Below, piece by piece: positions 18,712-27,137 of a stretch of 64,000 nucleotides of DNA. Below the pieces are notes generated by a model. That model saw nothing but the letters and a program-made list of their open reading frames with translations, was not told the origin of the DNA and ran no database searches. Source of the stretch: a virus (taxonomy: Duplodnaviria > Heunggongvirae > Uroviricota > Caudoviricetes). A program made the translations under genes and the position numbers. The DNA lies in the IMG/VR virus record IMGVR_UViG_3300006100_000010. One strand, 5' to 3'. The stretch's first letter is position 1. Each line of letters opens with the position of its first letter.

Positions 18712-20281
18712 TTCTTTGACGGATTTCAGTTAGGGTCGTCTGGTTGTAGAATTTACCGTCTTCATAGATTGTATGTAGGAGACCTGTAGCTTCCTCTTCG
18801 TGAGTGCACTGAGTTTTTACCGCATATTCTCTGTCTTCTTCAAAGACTGCAACAAGACCCTTTAGAGATTTTTTAGTACCGTTATCTGTCACCGGATCCT
18901 TGTAGATGTCATACTCTTTTCCGTCAGCCTCAAACCAGGCACCTTTAGCAGCAAAGCCGAAAGTGTCACGTGTGTTGTATTGATATGTGTAAGATCCTAC
19001 ACCGAGTACAATATTAGTAGCGGCAAAACCTTTAGCTTCAAGACATTTGTAGATTTCTACTTGGCGGTCGAGCGTGATAGAATCGCCGTATATTGCTCCG
19101 ATATGCGGGTCAAGTACTTTGTAACCTTGTTCGTTTACTGTTCCTCCGAATATTTCCCAAAGTAGTTCTATAACTCCTTTGTGTTTTGGTTGATATACAT
19201 AATCTACAAAACCATCCTTAGTCTTAGTGTAATATTTTGTATTTTTATCCTCAAGGAAAATGAATTTTTCCCCTTCAGGAAGAATAAATGGTTTATTAAT
19301 ATCTTCCTTTTTGATAACTCGATATGGTTCAAATTCTCCACAAATAATATCTACAGGATCACCAGAGTCAGGACGTATTACGAGTTTACCGTCTCTTGCC
19401 ATAATAGCGTCTTTGTTAGCTGGAAGATACTTAGTAATAAGTGTCCACAAATCAAATGTATCTGCTACTATTGAAAGTATTCCTGTTGGAAAGTCTTGCA
19501 GCCAATCGGCAATCATTTGTTGCTCGCCTACTGTGAATATTTTAGTGGTTGACACTGAGTGTTCTGAGGCATTCACTGAACTGATGCAAACCTGATTTTC
19601 TGGCTCATCATAGAAATAGCGAGCAGCTGGGATCACGATAATTGTATCGGATCCCTTGTGTGAAGATGCATGACCTAGGCCAGAGGAGAGCATATCCCAA
19701 GGAGAAAGTCCGCGAGCACTAAAATCGTGAGCCATGTAGTCAATTAGCCATGCATTTTTAGAGTCAGTTTTCATTACCCACTCTACTAGGTTTCTACGGT
19801 ATTGTAGAGCAATTGTTGCTGATGTCGAAGGCTTCCATGCAAGAGAAGAAATGATTGTCTCCAAGTAAAGGGTCAGCCAGGCAAATCCGTCAACCGTATT
19901 GACAAATGTCATGTGAGGAATGTTTGGTAGAGTCTCGATACCTTCAGGTAAAGATTTTACCCTGACTGGTAGGTATTGAAGATCATGAAGAGCCTCAAAG
20001 TGAGAGGCATCATATGGCATGCCAAGGTATGCAGAAATGTCCATACCGAACTTTACTGCAGATTCCTTAGGGAGGGCAAAAAAGTTTTCTGCATATTCAT
20101 CGTGTAACCAGCGCATGACCAGTTGTTGGCCGAAGGATACGATCTTTTTAATGTTTCCTGGAGCGTATTTTACGCTTCTTGGAATCCAGGTGCCGTAAAG
20201 TTTTGTTGTTCCTTTAGCGAGCATTCTCCTGTGGCCGAGCTTATAGCCATCGGCATACCATATTGCAGGGGGTTTAAACAT
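18695..20281 (-). CDS. nicotinamide phosphoribosyltransferase family protein (NAMPT/NadV-like; could equally be the Namat-type nicotinamide ADP-ribose transferase of phage NARP1)
   Basis: 528 aa. The N-terminus reads ...WYADGYKLGHRRM... Overall it resembles type II phosphoribosyltransferases of the NAMPT family, and it lies adjacent to a Prs-like gene. Confidence 0.7.
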   Translation of the reverse strand: MFKPPAIWYADGYKLGHRRMLAKGTTKLYGTWIPRSVKYAPGNIKKIVSFGQQLVMRWLHDEYAENFFALPKESAVKFGMDISAYLGMPYDASHFEALHDLQYLPVRVKSLPEGIETLPNIPHMTFVNTVDGFAWLTLYLETIISSLAWKPSTSATIALQYRRNLVEWVMKTDSKNAWLIDYMAHDFSARGLSPWDMLSSGLGHASSHKGSDTIIVIPAARYFYDEPENQVCISSVNASEHSVSTTKIFTVGEQQMIADWLQDFPTGILSIVADTFDLWTLITKYLPANKDAIMARDGKLVIRPDSGDPVDIICGEFEPYRVIKKEDINKPFILPEGEKFIFLEDKNTKYYTKTKDGFVDYVYQPKHKGVIELLWEIFGGTVNEQGYKVLDPHIGAIYGDSITLDRQVEIYKCLEAKGFAATNIVLGVGSYTYQYNTRDTFGFAAKGAWFEADGKEYDIYKDPVTDNGTKKSLKGLVAVFEEDREYAVKTQCTHEEEATGLLHTIYEDGKFYNQTTLTEIRQRIASIS

Positions 20282-20290
20282 AGTTTGTTT

Positions 20291-20779
20291 TTACTTTTTA
20301 AATATTACTATAGTTACTATACAATCTTTTAGCTCACGTTTAATGATGTGCTTGATTTTTTCCCAGTCTCCACCAGCAAGACCTGCGCCAATCATCGGTA
20401 GCCCAATGTGCAAGCCTTTGTATTTTTGATTGATCTTACGCATGCAAAGTGTGATTGCCTCGTAATCTACTGGTGTGTCAACTCCATCTGTATGATTTTT
20501 TCCATAGGAGTATTGAGTGTATGCATTGATCACAAAGACACCTCTTTCCATGTCCATGCGAGAGATGAGATGGGCTTCTATTTGACCCAGTTTATTGATG
20601 TCACCTTTGTACTTTATATCTTCTAGTGGAAATAGGTCACAGCCAAAGGCAGAGGCCATTTGTGGAGCCAATCCTGCTCCCATTGTGCAAAGGCAGTTGC
20701 AACCGTGCGCAATCACATCAAATTTTCCTTCTTTAGCTAGGGCAATTAGATCCCCATAAACTTCGGTGTAGTTATTCAT
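20291..20779 (-). CDS. macro domain protein (ADP-ribose binding/processing)
   Basis: ...FDVIAHGCNCLCTMGAGLAPQMASAFG... matches the macro-domain ADP-ribose binding loop (N-x-x-N...G-G-G-V/A...). 162 aa. Confidence 0.6.
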   Translation of the reverse strand: MNNYTEVYGDLIALAKEGKFDVIAHGCNCLCTMGAGLAPQMASAFGCDLFPLEDIKYKGDINKLGQIEAHLISRMDMERGVFVINAYTQYSYGKNHTDGVDTPVDYEAITLCMRKINQKYKGLHIGLPMIGAGLAGGDWEKIKHIIKRELKDCIVTIVIFKK

Positions 20780-20793
20780 TTAGATAGATGTTT

Positions 20794-21669
20794 TTAGAAT
20801 ATTCCAAGTTGAGTGACTAACGGATCAGTTATGTCTGAGTAGCTATTGCTGCAGTAGATTCCGTCTAGCGACTTGCGCAAGTCATCAAGCCCTGCTGAGA
20901 ATATTCCGTGTGAGATGATTAGATATGTCTTGCCAGTTCTTTCAGGTTGAGTCCTTTTGATCTCATCTGCAATGTTTAAGAAGGTGCGACCGCCGTCACA
21001 AATGTCATCGATGATGACCAAGTTTTTTGAGAAGTGGTCAATACGATAAGGAACATGGGTCTTACTGAGTTTACCATCGGTGCCTCTGTATTTGCTACAG
21101 GTGAGTATTTCACCGTCAAATTTTAGAGAACTTGCAACCTTGTAGATCTTTTTTAGACTGCCTCCATCCGGTGAAACAAAAATGCAGGTGTTAAGAAACT
21201 CAGCAGGTGTGCAGTTTTGCTTTTCAGCTTCTCGTGAGATGAATGCAGTCACTAGTGATGTGTTATCGAGTACCTTAAGTCGGTTGATGCAGGCAGCGGC
21301 AACGTCTGAGTGCACGTCAAAGCACAGCACTTGCTTAAAGTTTAGAGAGTTTAGGATTGGCGCAATAACGTCACGAAGGTAAGAAGTACCTCCATTAACA
21401 AACTGACGGTCGCTACGTGCTCCAAGTATGTATGGAACATAGAGGGTAATTTCCTCTATTCCCAAATTTCTCAGTGCCTTGGTCGCACAGATAATTATCT
21501 CAAGATCCCGGAATGAATTGAACCTAGATCGGATTGTGATAGGTTCGGTGAGTGAGGTCGGTACTCTTGGATAATCGATAATAGTTACGTCCTGTTGCCC
21601 GTCTGGAAAACTGGAAATTTTGTAATTAATGTCTGAGCTATTCGGTTGTACTAGATTTAGGATTTTCAT
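20794..21669 (-). CDS. ribose-phosphate pyrophosphokinase-like protein (Prs family; possibly the Adps-type ADP-ribose diphosphokinase of NARP1)
   Basis: PRTase-type PRPP-binding loop VIIDDICDGGRT, an upstream Prs-like segment YVPYILGARSDR, and a length of 291 aa. Confidence 0.65.
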   Translation of the reverse strand: MKILNLVQPNSSDINYKISSFPDGQQDVTIIDYPRVPTSLTEPITIRSRFNSFRDLEIIICATKALRNLGIEEITLYVPYILGARSDRQFVNGGTSYLRDVIAPILNSLNFKQVLCFDVHSDVAAACINRLKVLDNTSLVTAFISREAEKQNCTPAEFLNTCIFVSPDGGSLKKIYKVASSLKFDGEILTCSKYRGTDGKLSKTHVPYRIDHFSKNLVIIDDICDGGRTFLNIADEIKRTQPERTGKTYLIISHGIFSAGLDDLRKSLDGIYCSNSYSDITDPLVTQLGIF

Positions 21670-22643
21670 TCTTCAAAATTAAGTTTTAGTGGAGTAATTA
21701 AGAGTCTTCTATCAATACTATAATCGTGTATCTGGTTTAGGTCTTGACGATATTTGAGTAGAGCTAGATCCTTGGCCTTTGCCTCTATTTCAACATCTGC
21801 AACTATGTCATAGTCGGGTATGACCTCATACACGTAATCTGAGTGGGAACGAGCAAGTAGAGTAGCATCTTCGTATATCTTAGAACTGCTATAGTGTTGT
21901 AACGGTGTCACCTTATCCCAAGTACGAGCTGCAAGGTGAGCTGCGTCCCTAGCAGTAAGGTCGCCTGTGCAAAATCTGTGGTGCAGATGATCAAACGTGA
22001 TGGAACAGGCAGTATTTATATAGACAAGATCGTATAGATCCTTTACGCTGAACTGGCTTGCTTTGTCGTCGTTTTCTACAACCAGCCTCTTTTGTGTTGA
22101 TTCAGCTAGCCTTTTGAAATTTTCACAGAATCGAGCAGCAGCAGACTCCTTATCACCATAGGTGCCACCGATGTGTATGTTTATTGCAGAATAACGATTT
22201 GCTGGAAGTCCCATCATGTCCATGATACGTGCATGCTGATCAAGATCGCATATTGTCTTAGTGACGATGCTTTCAGTAGGGGATGCAAGAACGTCAAACT
22301 GACCGGGGTGAAAGGTTAGCCTAAGGTTATGGGTGTGGGCAAGCTCTCCGATCTTGTGAGCTATTTCACAGAGTGCAGCATAGTTGGGCAGGTCCTCAAA
22401 CCGATACTCGCTCATCCAAGGAAAAATATCACTGGACATGCGATAGACCCTTATGTCCTGGGTAATGTTCCACTGTAGGATCCGGTACATGTCATGTAAG
22501 TTTTGCTCAGCAAGCAGTGCAGCATGTGCAATGCCTTGGGTTTGCCAAGTCTTTTTAATCATACCACGGTTAGTGGTGATTCCCTTGTCCTTTAAGGTAA
22601 GGTTTATGCAGCAGTATCCTAATCTCATGTAACTATAGTACAC
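21666..22643 (-). CDS. uvdE: UV damage endonuclease (UvdE/UVDE family)
   Basis: The N-terminus reads MRLGYCCINLTL, as in UVDE (RLGYVC...). It has a TIM-barrel-type length of 325 aa and conserved H/E/D-rich segments. It is the first gene of the minus-strand operon. Confidence 0.65.
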   Translation of the reverse strand: MYYSYMRLGYCCINLTLKDKGITTNRGMIKKTWQTQGIAHAALLAEQNLHDMYRILQWNITQDIRVYRMSSDIFPWMSEYRFEDLPNYAALCEIAHKIGELAHTHNLRLTFHPGQFDVLASPTESIVTKTICDLDQHARIMDMMGLPANRYSAINIHIGGTYGDKESAAARFCENFKRLAESTQKRLVVENDDKASQFSVKDLYDLVYINTACSITFDHLHHRFCTGDLTARDAAHLAARTWDKVTPLQHYSSSKIYEDATLLARSHSDYVYEVIPDYDIVADVEIEAKAKDLALLKYRQDLNQIHDYSIDRRLLITPLKLNFEE

Positions 22644-22886
22644 TAAATCCGGTGTCTTTAAAAAATTCCCGCGTACGGGCGCCTGGGAGTAGTACTAGAG
22701 TAACACTATAGTATAATTAAAGAAAGAATAAAGTAAGTAGCTAGTACTATATAGCTACACCCACCCACCACCCTAGTTATACTAGTGAAAAATGTGATGG
22801 TTTTAAAAAATAAATACTTTATATTAGATGAAACTATTTTTCTATCCCAGTGTATAACTTGATTAGGCTTAAAATAATTCCTATGA
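22644..22886. promoter_or_regulatory. divergent intergenic control region between the minus-strand operon (uvdE first) and the plus-strand late module
   Basis: 243 bp non-coding, the largest non-coding gap in the window. It contains a GC-rich island (CCCGCGTACGGGCGCCTGGG) in an AT-rich genome, the palindrome TAGTACTA, the inverted repeat GTAGCTA-gtactata-TAGCTAC, a CACCCACCCACCACCC tract, and AT-rich stretches that are candidate promoters in both directions. Confidence 0.5.
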
Positions 22887-23546
22887 ATGACCATTATCAG
22901 CATCGACTTTTCAATATTGTACCCTGGAGCATGCATCTGTCGCGATTTTAAAGAATTTAAGTGGATCGCACTAGCTAATACTACAGTTCGTAAAAAAGAT
23001 TCTGATAATTACGATTACATTAATTCAACATATCCAAATATCCAGATCCTAAGAACCACTTCAAGAAGGAAAAAAGAACAAGAGTACCATCTTACTGAAA
23101 GAACCAAGCTGATCAATTACCTTGAAGCTATCTACATGTTTGTCAGTGCTATTGAAAATGAAGTAAAAGGGGAAGAGTGTATGGTTTGCATAGAAGGAAT
23201 CTCATTTGGGTCAAGCGGTAACTCACTAGTAGATATTGCTCAGGCCACTGGGATCCTAAAACAGCAGCTCATCTCCAGAATACTTAATTTCAATCACGAC
23301 AAGCTTTTTGTATTTAGCCCAAGCGAACTTAAAAACGCAATTGGCTGTAAAGGCAACGCAAACAAACAAGACATTCTAGCTAAATTTAAAAGTGACCCAA
23401 TCATCGAATCTGTAAAGGAGTCTGACCTATTTAAGCTTATTAACAAAGAGCAATGGGTAATAGAAGGGGATAAGATCCTTTCACCGATCATCGATATGGT
23501 AGATGCCTATTTAGGTGTGACCAAGATCCATGGTCTCCTAAAATAA
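22887..23546 (+). CDS. putative RuvC-like Holliday junction resolvase (RNase H fold)
   Basis: The N-terminus reads MTIISIDFS (RuvC/A22-like first catalytic Asp in an I-x-I-D-x-G/S context). A central ...VCIEGISFG... supplies an acidic residue. The C-terminus reads IDMVDAYLG (the D-x-x-D-A motif of RuvC). Confidence 0.4.
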   Translation: MTIISIDFSILYPGACICRDFKEFKWIALANTTVRKKDSDNYDYINSTYPNIQILRTTSRRKKEQEYHLTERTKLINYLEAIYMFVSAIENEVKGEECMVCIEGISFGSSGNSLVDIAQATGILKQQLISRILNFNHDKLFVFSPSELKNAIGCKGNANKQDILAKFKSDPIIESVKESDLFKLINKEQWVIEGDKILSPIIDMVDAYLGVTKIHGLLK

Positions 23547-23555
23547 TCCAAAAGG

Positions 23556-23954
23556 ATGGCTAGAAAAAAACGTGGTGACAAAGACTACATCAATAACAAC
23601 GATTTCACCGATGAAATAATAAAGTGTAAAAAGGCAGGGAAGCTAAGCGCTGCTGCGATTGACAGTTTTATTATTCTTGCAAATAGAGCAGTAGTTCGTC
23701 TCTACTTTAGGGATGATCGCGACAGGGAAGATTGTGTACAGTCTGCAATATTCGATTGTATTAAGTATTGGCAGAGTTTTGACGAGACCAGATCTGCAAA
23801 ACCCAATGCCTTTGCCTATTTTACACAGTTATGTAAAAATGGGTATGCTAAAGAGTGGAAAAAGATCCACAAGAAGACCGGACTGGATAAAGACGAGACG
23901 CTAGAATTCCTATCACTTAGCACCAGCGGTGAAAGTTCAATTTACAGCATCTAA
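23556..23954 (+). CDS. T4 gp55-like late-transcription sigma factor (sigma region 2 only)
   Basis: 132 aa. Segments align with T4 gp55: NNDFTDEIIKCKKAG with NNKELLQAIIDWKTE, DSFIILANRAVVRLYF with DTIGLAIMLIAEGLSKRF, and KPNAFAYFTQLCKNGYAKEWKK with [21 protein letters not shown]. It sits at the head of the structural gene array. Confidence 0.65.
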   Translation: MARKKRGDKDYINNNDFTDEIIKCKKAGKLSAAAIDSFIILANRAVVRLYFRDDRDREDCVQSAIFDCIKYWQSFDETRSAKPNAFAYFTQLCKNGYAKEWKKIHKKTGLDKDETLEFLSLSTSGESSIYSI

Positions 23955-26900
23955 TTTAGGGATACTAATAAATAATAAAAATAGCTTTCCCTGGATGGTA
24001 GTTCAAAACCTAAGTTTCTTTAATAAATTCGGAAGTAACCTCAACTTAAAGTACAACACAAGTACAAATATATGGGAAGGTAAGATCTATTTTGAGGGCA
24101 TATCCAACTACCTTTTTGATAATGAGAACCTGTTTATTTTAGAAAACGTTCAATATGGGCGAGTTCCTTGGAAGTTTCCCACCCTTGGAGTCGGAGAGTA
24201 CTTAGAGTTTTCTTGGAGCTCAAATGAAACGGCTAACGAGTTCTTTCTCTATGAGGTAGTTAGGGACACTCAATTAGATTCTGAGTTCATTAGTAAAATA
24301 GACTCTAAAGTTGTCGCATTTTCAGATTACTCATCAGCGACCAGCGGAACCCTAGATATGGGATTTCCTTTGCAGGTAAATATTGCGTTCAGTCCAACAA
24401 ATGAAGTAAACTTTCAAAGAACTCTCAACATCTTTTATTCAAGCCTTGCAGGAAAGGTCCAAATAGCACAAATCGATTTTTACGGTGAGGGTATTGAGGA
24501 GGACGTAAGATATAGGACGTGGGCACAAAACTTTGGAATCAGGTTCCTACGTGAGGACGCTAATATCCTAAAGGACTATGACATTAAGGAGGCAATCCCA
24601 GACTACGCTGAGCTCAATCGAATAAGAAAGGAGCTTCTTGTCAATAAAGAACAGGTGTACCCATATATCGGAACCTATAAAGGTCTCTCTAATTTTGTAA
24701 ACATGCTTGGTTATAAGGACGTTCTACAGATTAAAGAATATTGGCAAAATGTTAACCCTCGTTCGACCAACACCAATAAATTGATCATGGTAGACATTAG
24801 CGATTACCTAAATGCTAGTGTGATTGATACCCTTGACCTTGTCGATAAGAACAAGCAGATTCGTGAGGGTAAGCAATTTAAGAAGACTGAGTTTCTTGCT
24901 CTAGTTTATGAGTTCACAAAGGAGGACGGCACTTATGACTACGAGGGAATTCCCAATGTGGTTGAGACCACCGATTTTACTGTGAACGAGATTTTCTACA
25001 AGCTTAATCTACTAAACGATAAGCTAAAGTTAGAGTTTCTACCGGTAAACGTAAAGATCAAGGACATTATTGGGGAGTTCATCTATTTTCAAAGAATAAG
25101 AATAGCTAACTGGAATGATTCAGACAGGATCTCAACCCTTAATTTCAACGATCATGCAGACGTTGCAATATACCCAGACATAAATCATGACATTACTCTA
25201 CGCGCTCTAGATCCACTTTTTAGGATGCAAGATCCAGGCGGAATAGATTTTGGAGTCGGCAGAATCAATAACAATGGAGCAGACAACCCATTTGAGTTTA
25301 ATCAAAGGTATTCAACTCGTGACGAGGTTGTCAAAATAATTGACAACTTCAAGACTTTTTACAATGAAATAAGGGATCAGAGATTCCCAGATATTGGTAA
25401 AAAACTGACTTGGGAATTTGGCGATGATCCAGAAAGAGTCATTGGTGCTCCGGTGATATTTACATTAGAGACTGGAGGATTCACCCTAGCTGACCTTTCA
25501 GGAGTACAAATAGGTGAGCTAGGAGCCTCTGCTCCAGGATTGAGTCCGTATTGGACCCTTGGCAATATTGATTTTGGAAACTATTATGAAGTCAATTGGC
25601 GAATAGTACAAGACACCCCAAATCCCTACTCATTTTCCCTTAGGGGTAAGCTGATAGACCTTTATGAGCTGCCTCATGTATTACCTTATGCTGGTAAATA
25701 TCGAATCATTGCTGAGCTCTATGACTTTAGCGGAAACATCAGCACATTTAGTAGATTTGTCACAGTACAAAGCGATCAAAAGCCTCAAATTATCGGTATC
25801 ACTCGACTTGAGGACAAGTTTAATTACCAACTTGCAAACCTAACCAACGTGAGACTGCAGGATTTTGGAGCTACTCCTTTCTACTATCCAAAGGTCAATG
25901 TTTTAAACAATGAAGATGCTGCCGTTAAGTTTGACGTATACAAAAATCTACTTGAGTGGATTGCATTCTATAAGAATCGTTATGGAATGGGCCAAAACCT
26001 GTATGATGTTGAGCTATATGATACAGATTTAGGTCAGTATGTTGCCTACACTGATCCAGCACAAAGACACCCTAAGAAACTCTATTGGGGACTAGGCAAT
26101 GGCGACATGTCTCTGACTCTTAATGATTTCAATGGAGTCACTCTGGACTCTCTTTACTGGTTACGCATGGCTGATTGCATCTACTTAGATGACTTTGAAG
26201 CCGGCTTCTATCTTGATCCACCTCATCCTGGAACAATAATTCGCATGTCTCTCTATTCGGATTATGTTGTACCGACTCACTCTACCTTAGATGAGCTGAT
26301 TGGATTAATGAATGCAAGCGACCATCCGGGAATCAACCGATTTAATTATGCGATCGTTGGTGATAGAATACACGCACAAGCAAATCACATAAGCAAAGAG
26401 GAATACCAAATGCTTTTTTATCCAGGTAGTGCAAGTCCAGGCGGAAGCCCTTACTTTTCTCCAGTGCCCAGTCCATACACTAGTCCAGGAGGAAGTCCAT
26501 TTTTTCCAGGATCCATGCATGGAGACAAGTACACCTATTTTCTACCGCGTAAAGTGTATTCACAATCGGTGTTGGATTACCTAGCAAATCTAGCACCAAT
26601 GCTTGACATTGAGACGCTCTTCCTAAACGCGCCTCTTCGAGACCAATTAAGCGGAGCTGTTCAGGATCCAAACTATTGGGTGGAAAAAAACTACTGGAGA
26701 TTTAGCAATGATTTGCAAAATGGATTCTTGCCAACTTTCCTAGATCAAAACGCATTTAATATAGCTGACATTAAGATGTTCAATGAGTCATTTGCAATAC
26801 CACAGGAATCAATTGTGTTTTTTGTTGTAAATAACTTAGATGGAAAGAACGACTTTATTTGGACGCTAATTGATTCAGTGACTGGTCTGGAAGTAGTCAG

Positions 26901-27105
26901 AGCCAAATCTGTTCCTTTTTTCGTGTGGAAGTTTAAGGACCTTGGTACATTCACACTAAAAGTAGAAGTAATAGACAATAGCGGATCACATTACATAAAT
27001 GAAGTACAAAACTACATCAATGTTCTTGATAAAAGAATGTATATTGCCGGAACTGAGCAAAGATTAAATCAAAGAAAAGCAGATTTAATTAAGAGCGGGC
27101 TATAA
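23929..27105 (+). CDS. large virion structural protein (1058 aa); function unassigned
   Basis: Long ORF with aromatic, Asn and Asp-rich beta-type composition. It is the first gene of the translationally coupled late array and overlaps the gp55-like gene by 26 nt. It contains a P/S/G-rich linker (SPGGSPYFSPVPSPYTSPGGSPFFPGS). Confidence 0.45.
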   Translation: MKVQFTASNLGILINNKNSFPWMVVQNLSFFNKFGSNLNLKYNTSTNIWEGKIYFEGISNYLFDNENLFILENVQYGRVPWKFPTLGVGEYLEFSWSSNETANEFFLYEVVRDTQLDSEFISKIDSKVVAFSDYSSATSGTLDMGFPLQVNIAFSPTNEVNFQRTLNIFYSSLAGKVQIAQIDFYGEGIEEDVRYRTWAQNFGIRFLREDANILKDYDIKEAIPDYAELNRIRKELLVNKEQVYPYIGTYKGLSNFVNMLGYKDVLQIKEYWQNVNPRSTNTNKLIMVDISDYLNASVIDTLDLVDKNKQIREGKQFKKTEFLALVYEFTKEDGTYDYEGIPNVVETTDFTVNEIFYKLNLLNDKLKLEFLPVNVKIKDIIGEFIYFQRIRIANWNDSDRISTLNFNDHADVAIYPDINHDITLRALDPLFRMQDPGGIDFGVGRINNNGADNPFEFNQRYSTRDEVVKIIDNFKTFYNEIRDQRFPDIGKKLTWEFGDDPERVIGAPVIFTLETGGFTLADLSGVQIGELGASAPGLSPYWTLGNIDFGNYYEVNWRIVQDTPNPYSFSLRGKLIDLYELPHVLPYAGKYRIIAELYDFSGNISTFSRFVTVQSDQKPQIIGITRLEDKFNYQLANLTNVRLQDFGATPFYYPKVNVLNNEDAAVKFDVYKNLLEWIAFYKNRYGMGQNLYDVELYDTDLGQYVAYTDPAQRHPKKLYWGLGNGDMSLTLNDFNGVTLDSLYWLRMADCIYLDDFEAGFYLDPPHPGTIIRMSLYSDYVVPTHSTLDELIGLMNASDHPGINRFNYAIVGDRIHAQANHISKEEYQMLFYPGSASPGGSPYFSPVPSPYTSPGGSPFFPGSMHGDKYTYFLPRKVYSQSVLDYLANLAPMLDIETLFLNAPLRDQLSGAVQDPNYWVEKNYWRFSNDLQNGFLPTFLDQNAFNIADIKMFNESFAIPQESIVFFVVNNLDGKNDFIWTLIDSVTGLEVVRAKSVPFFVWKFKDLGTFTLKVEVIDNSGSHYINEVQNYINVLDKRMYIAGTEQRLNQRKADLIKSGL

Positions 27106-27137
27106 GGCTAATAAATAAACTAAAATAACCTAAGAAA

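Noticed and set aside
22644-22886. CACCCACCCACCACCC and palindromes as a possible CRISPR or tandem-repeat array
   Set aside because: There is only one short tract and no repeat-spacer periodicity. I interpret it as regulatory sequence, not CRISPR.
22706-22936. 76-aa minus-strand ORF in the divergent intergenic region
   Set aside because: It has hydrophobic, low-complexity composition. It overlaps the start of the plus-strand RuvC-like gene and the palindrome-rich control region. There is no coupling to neighbours.
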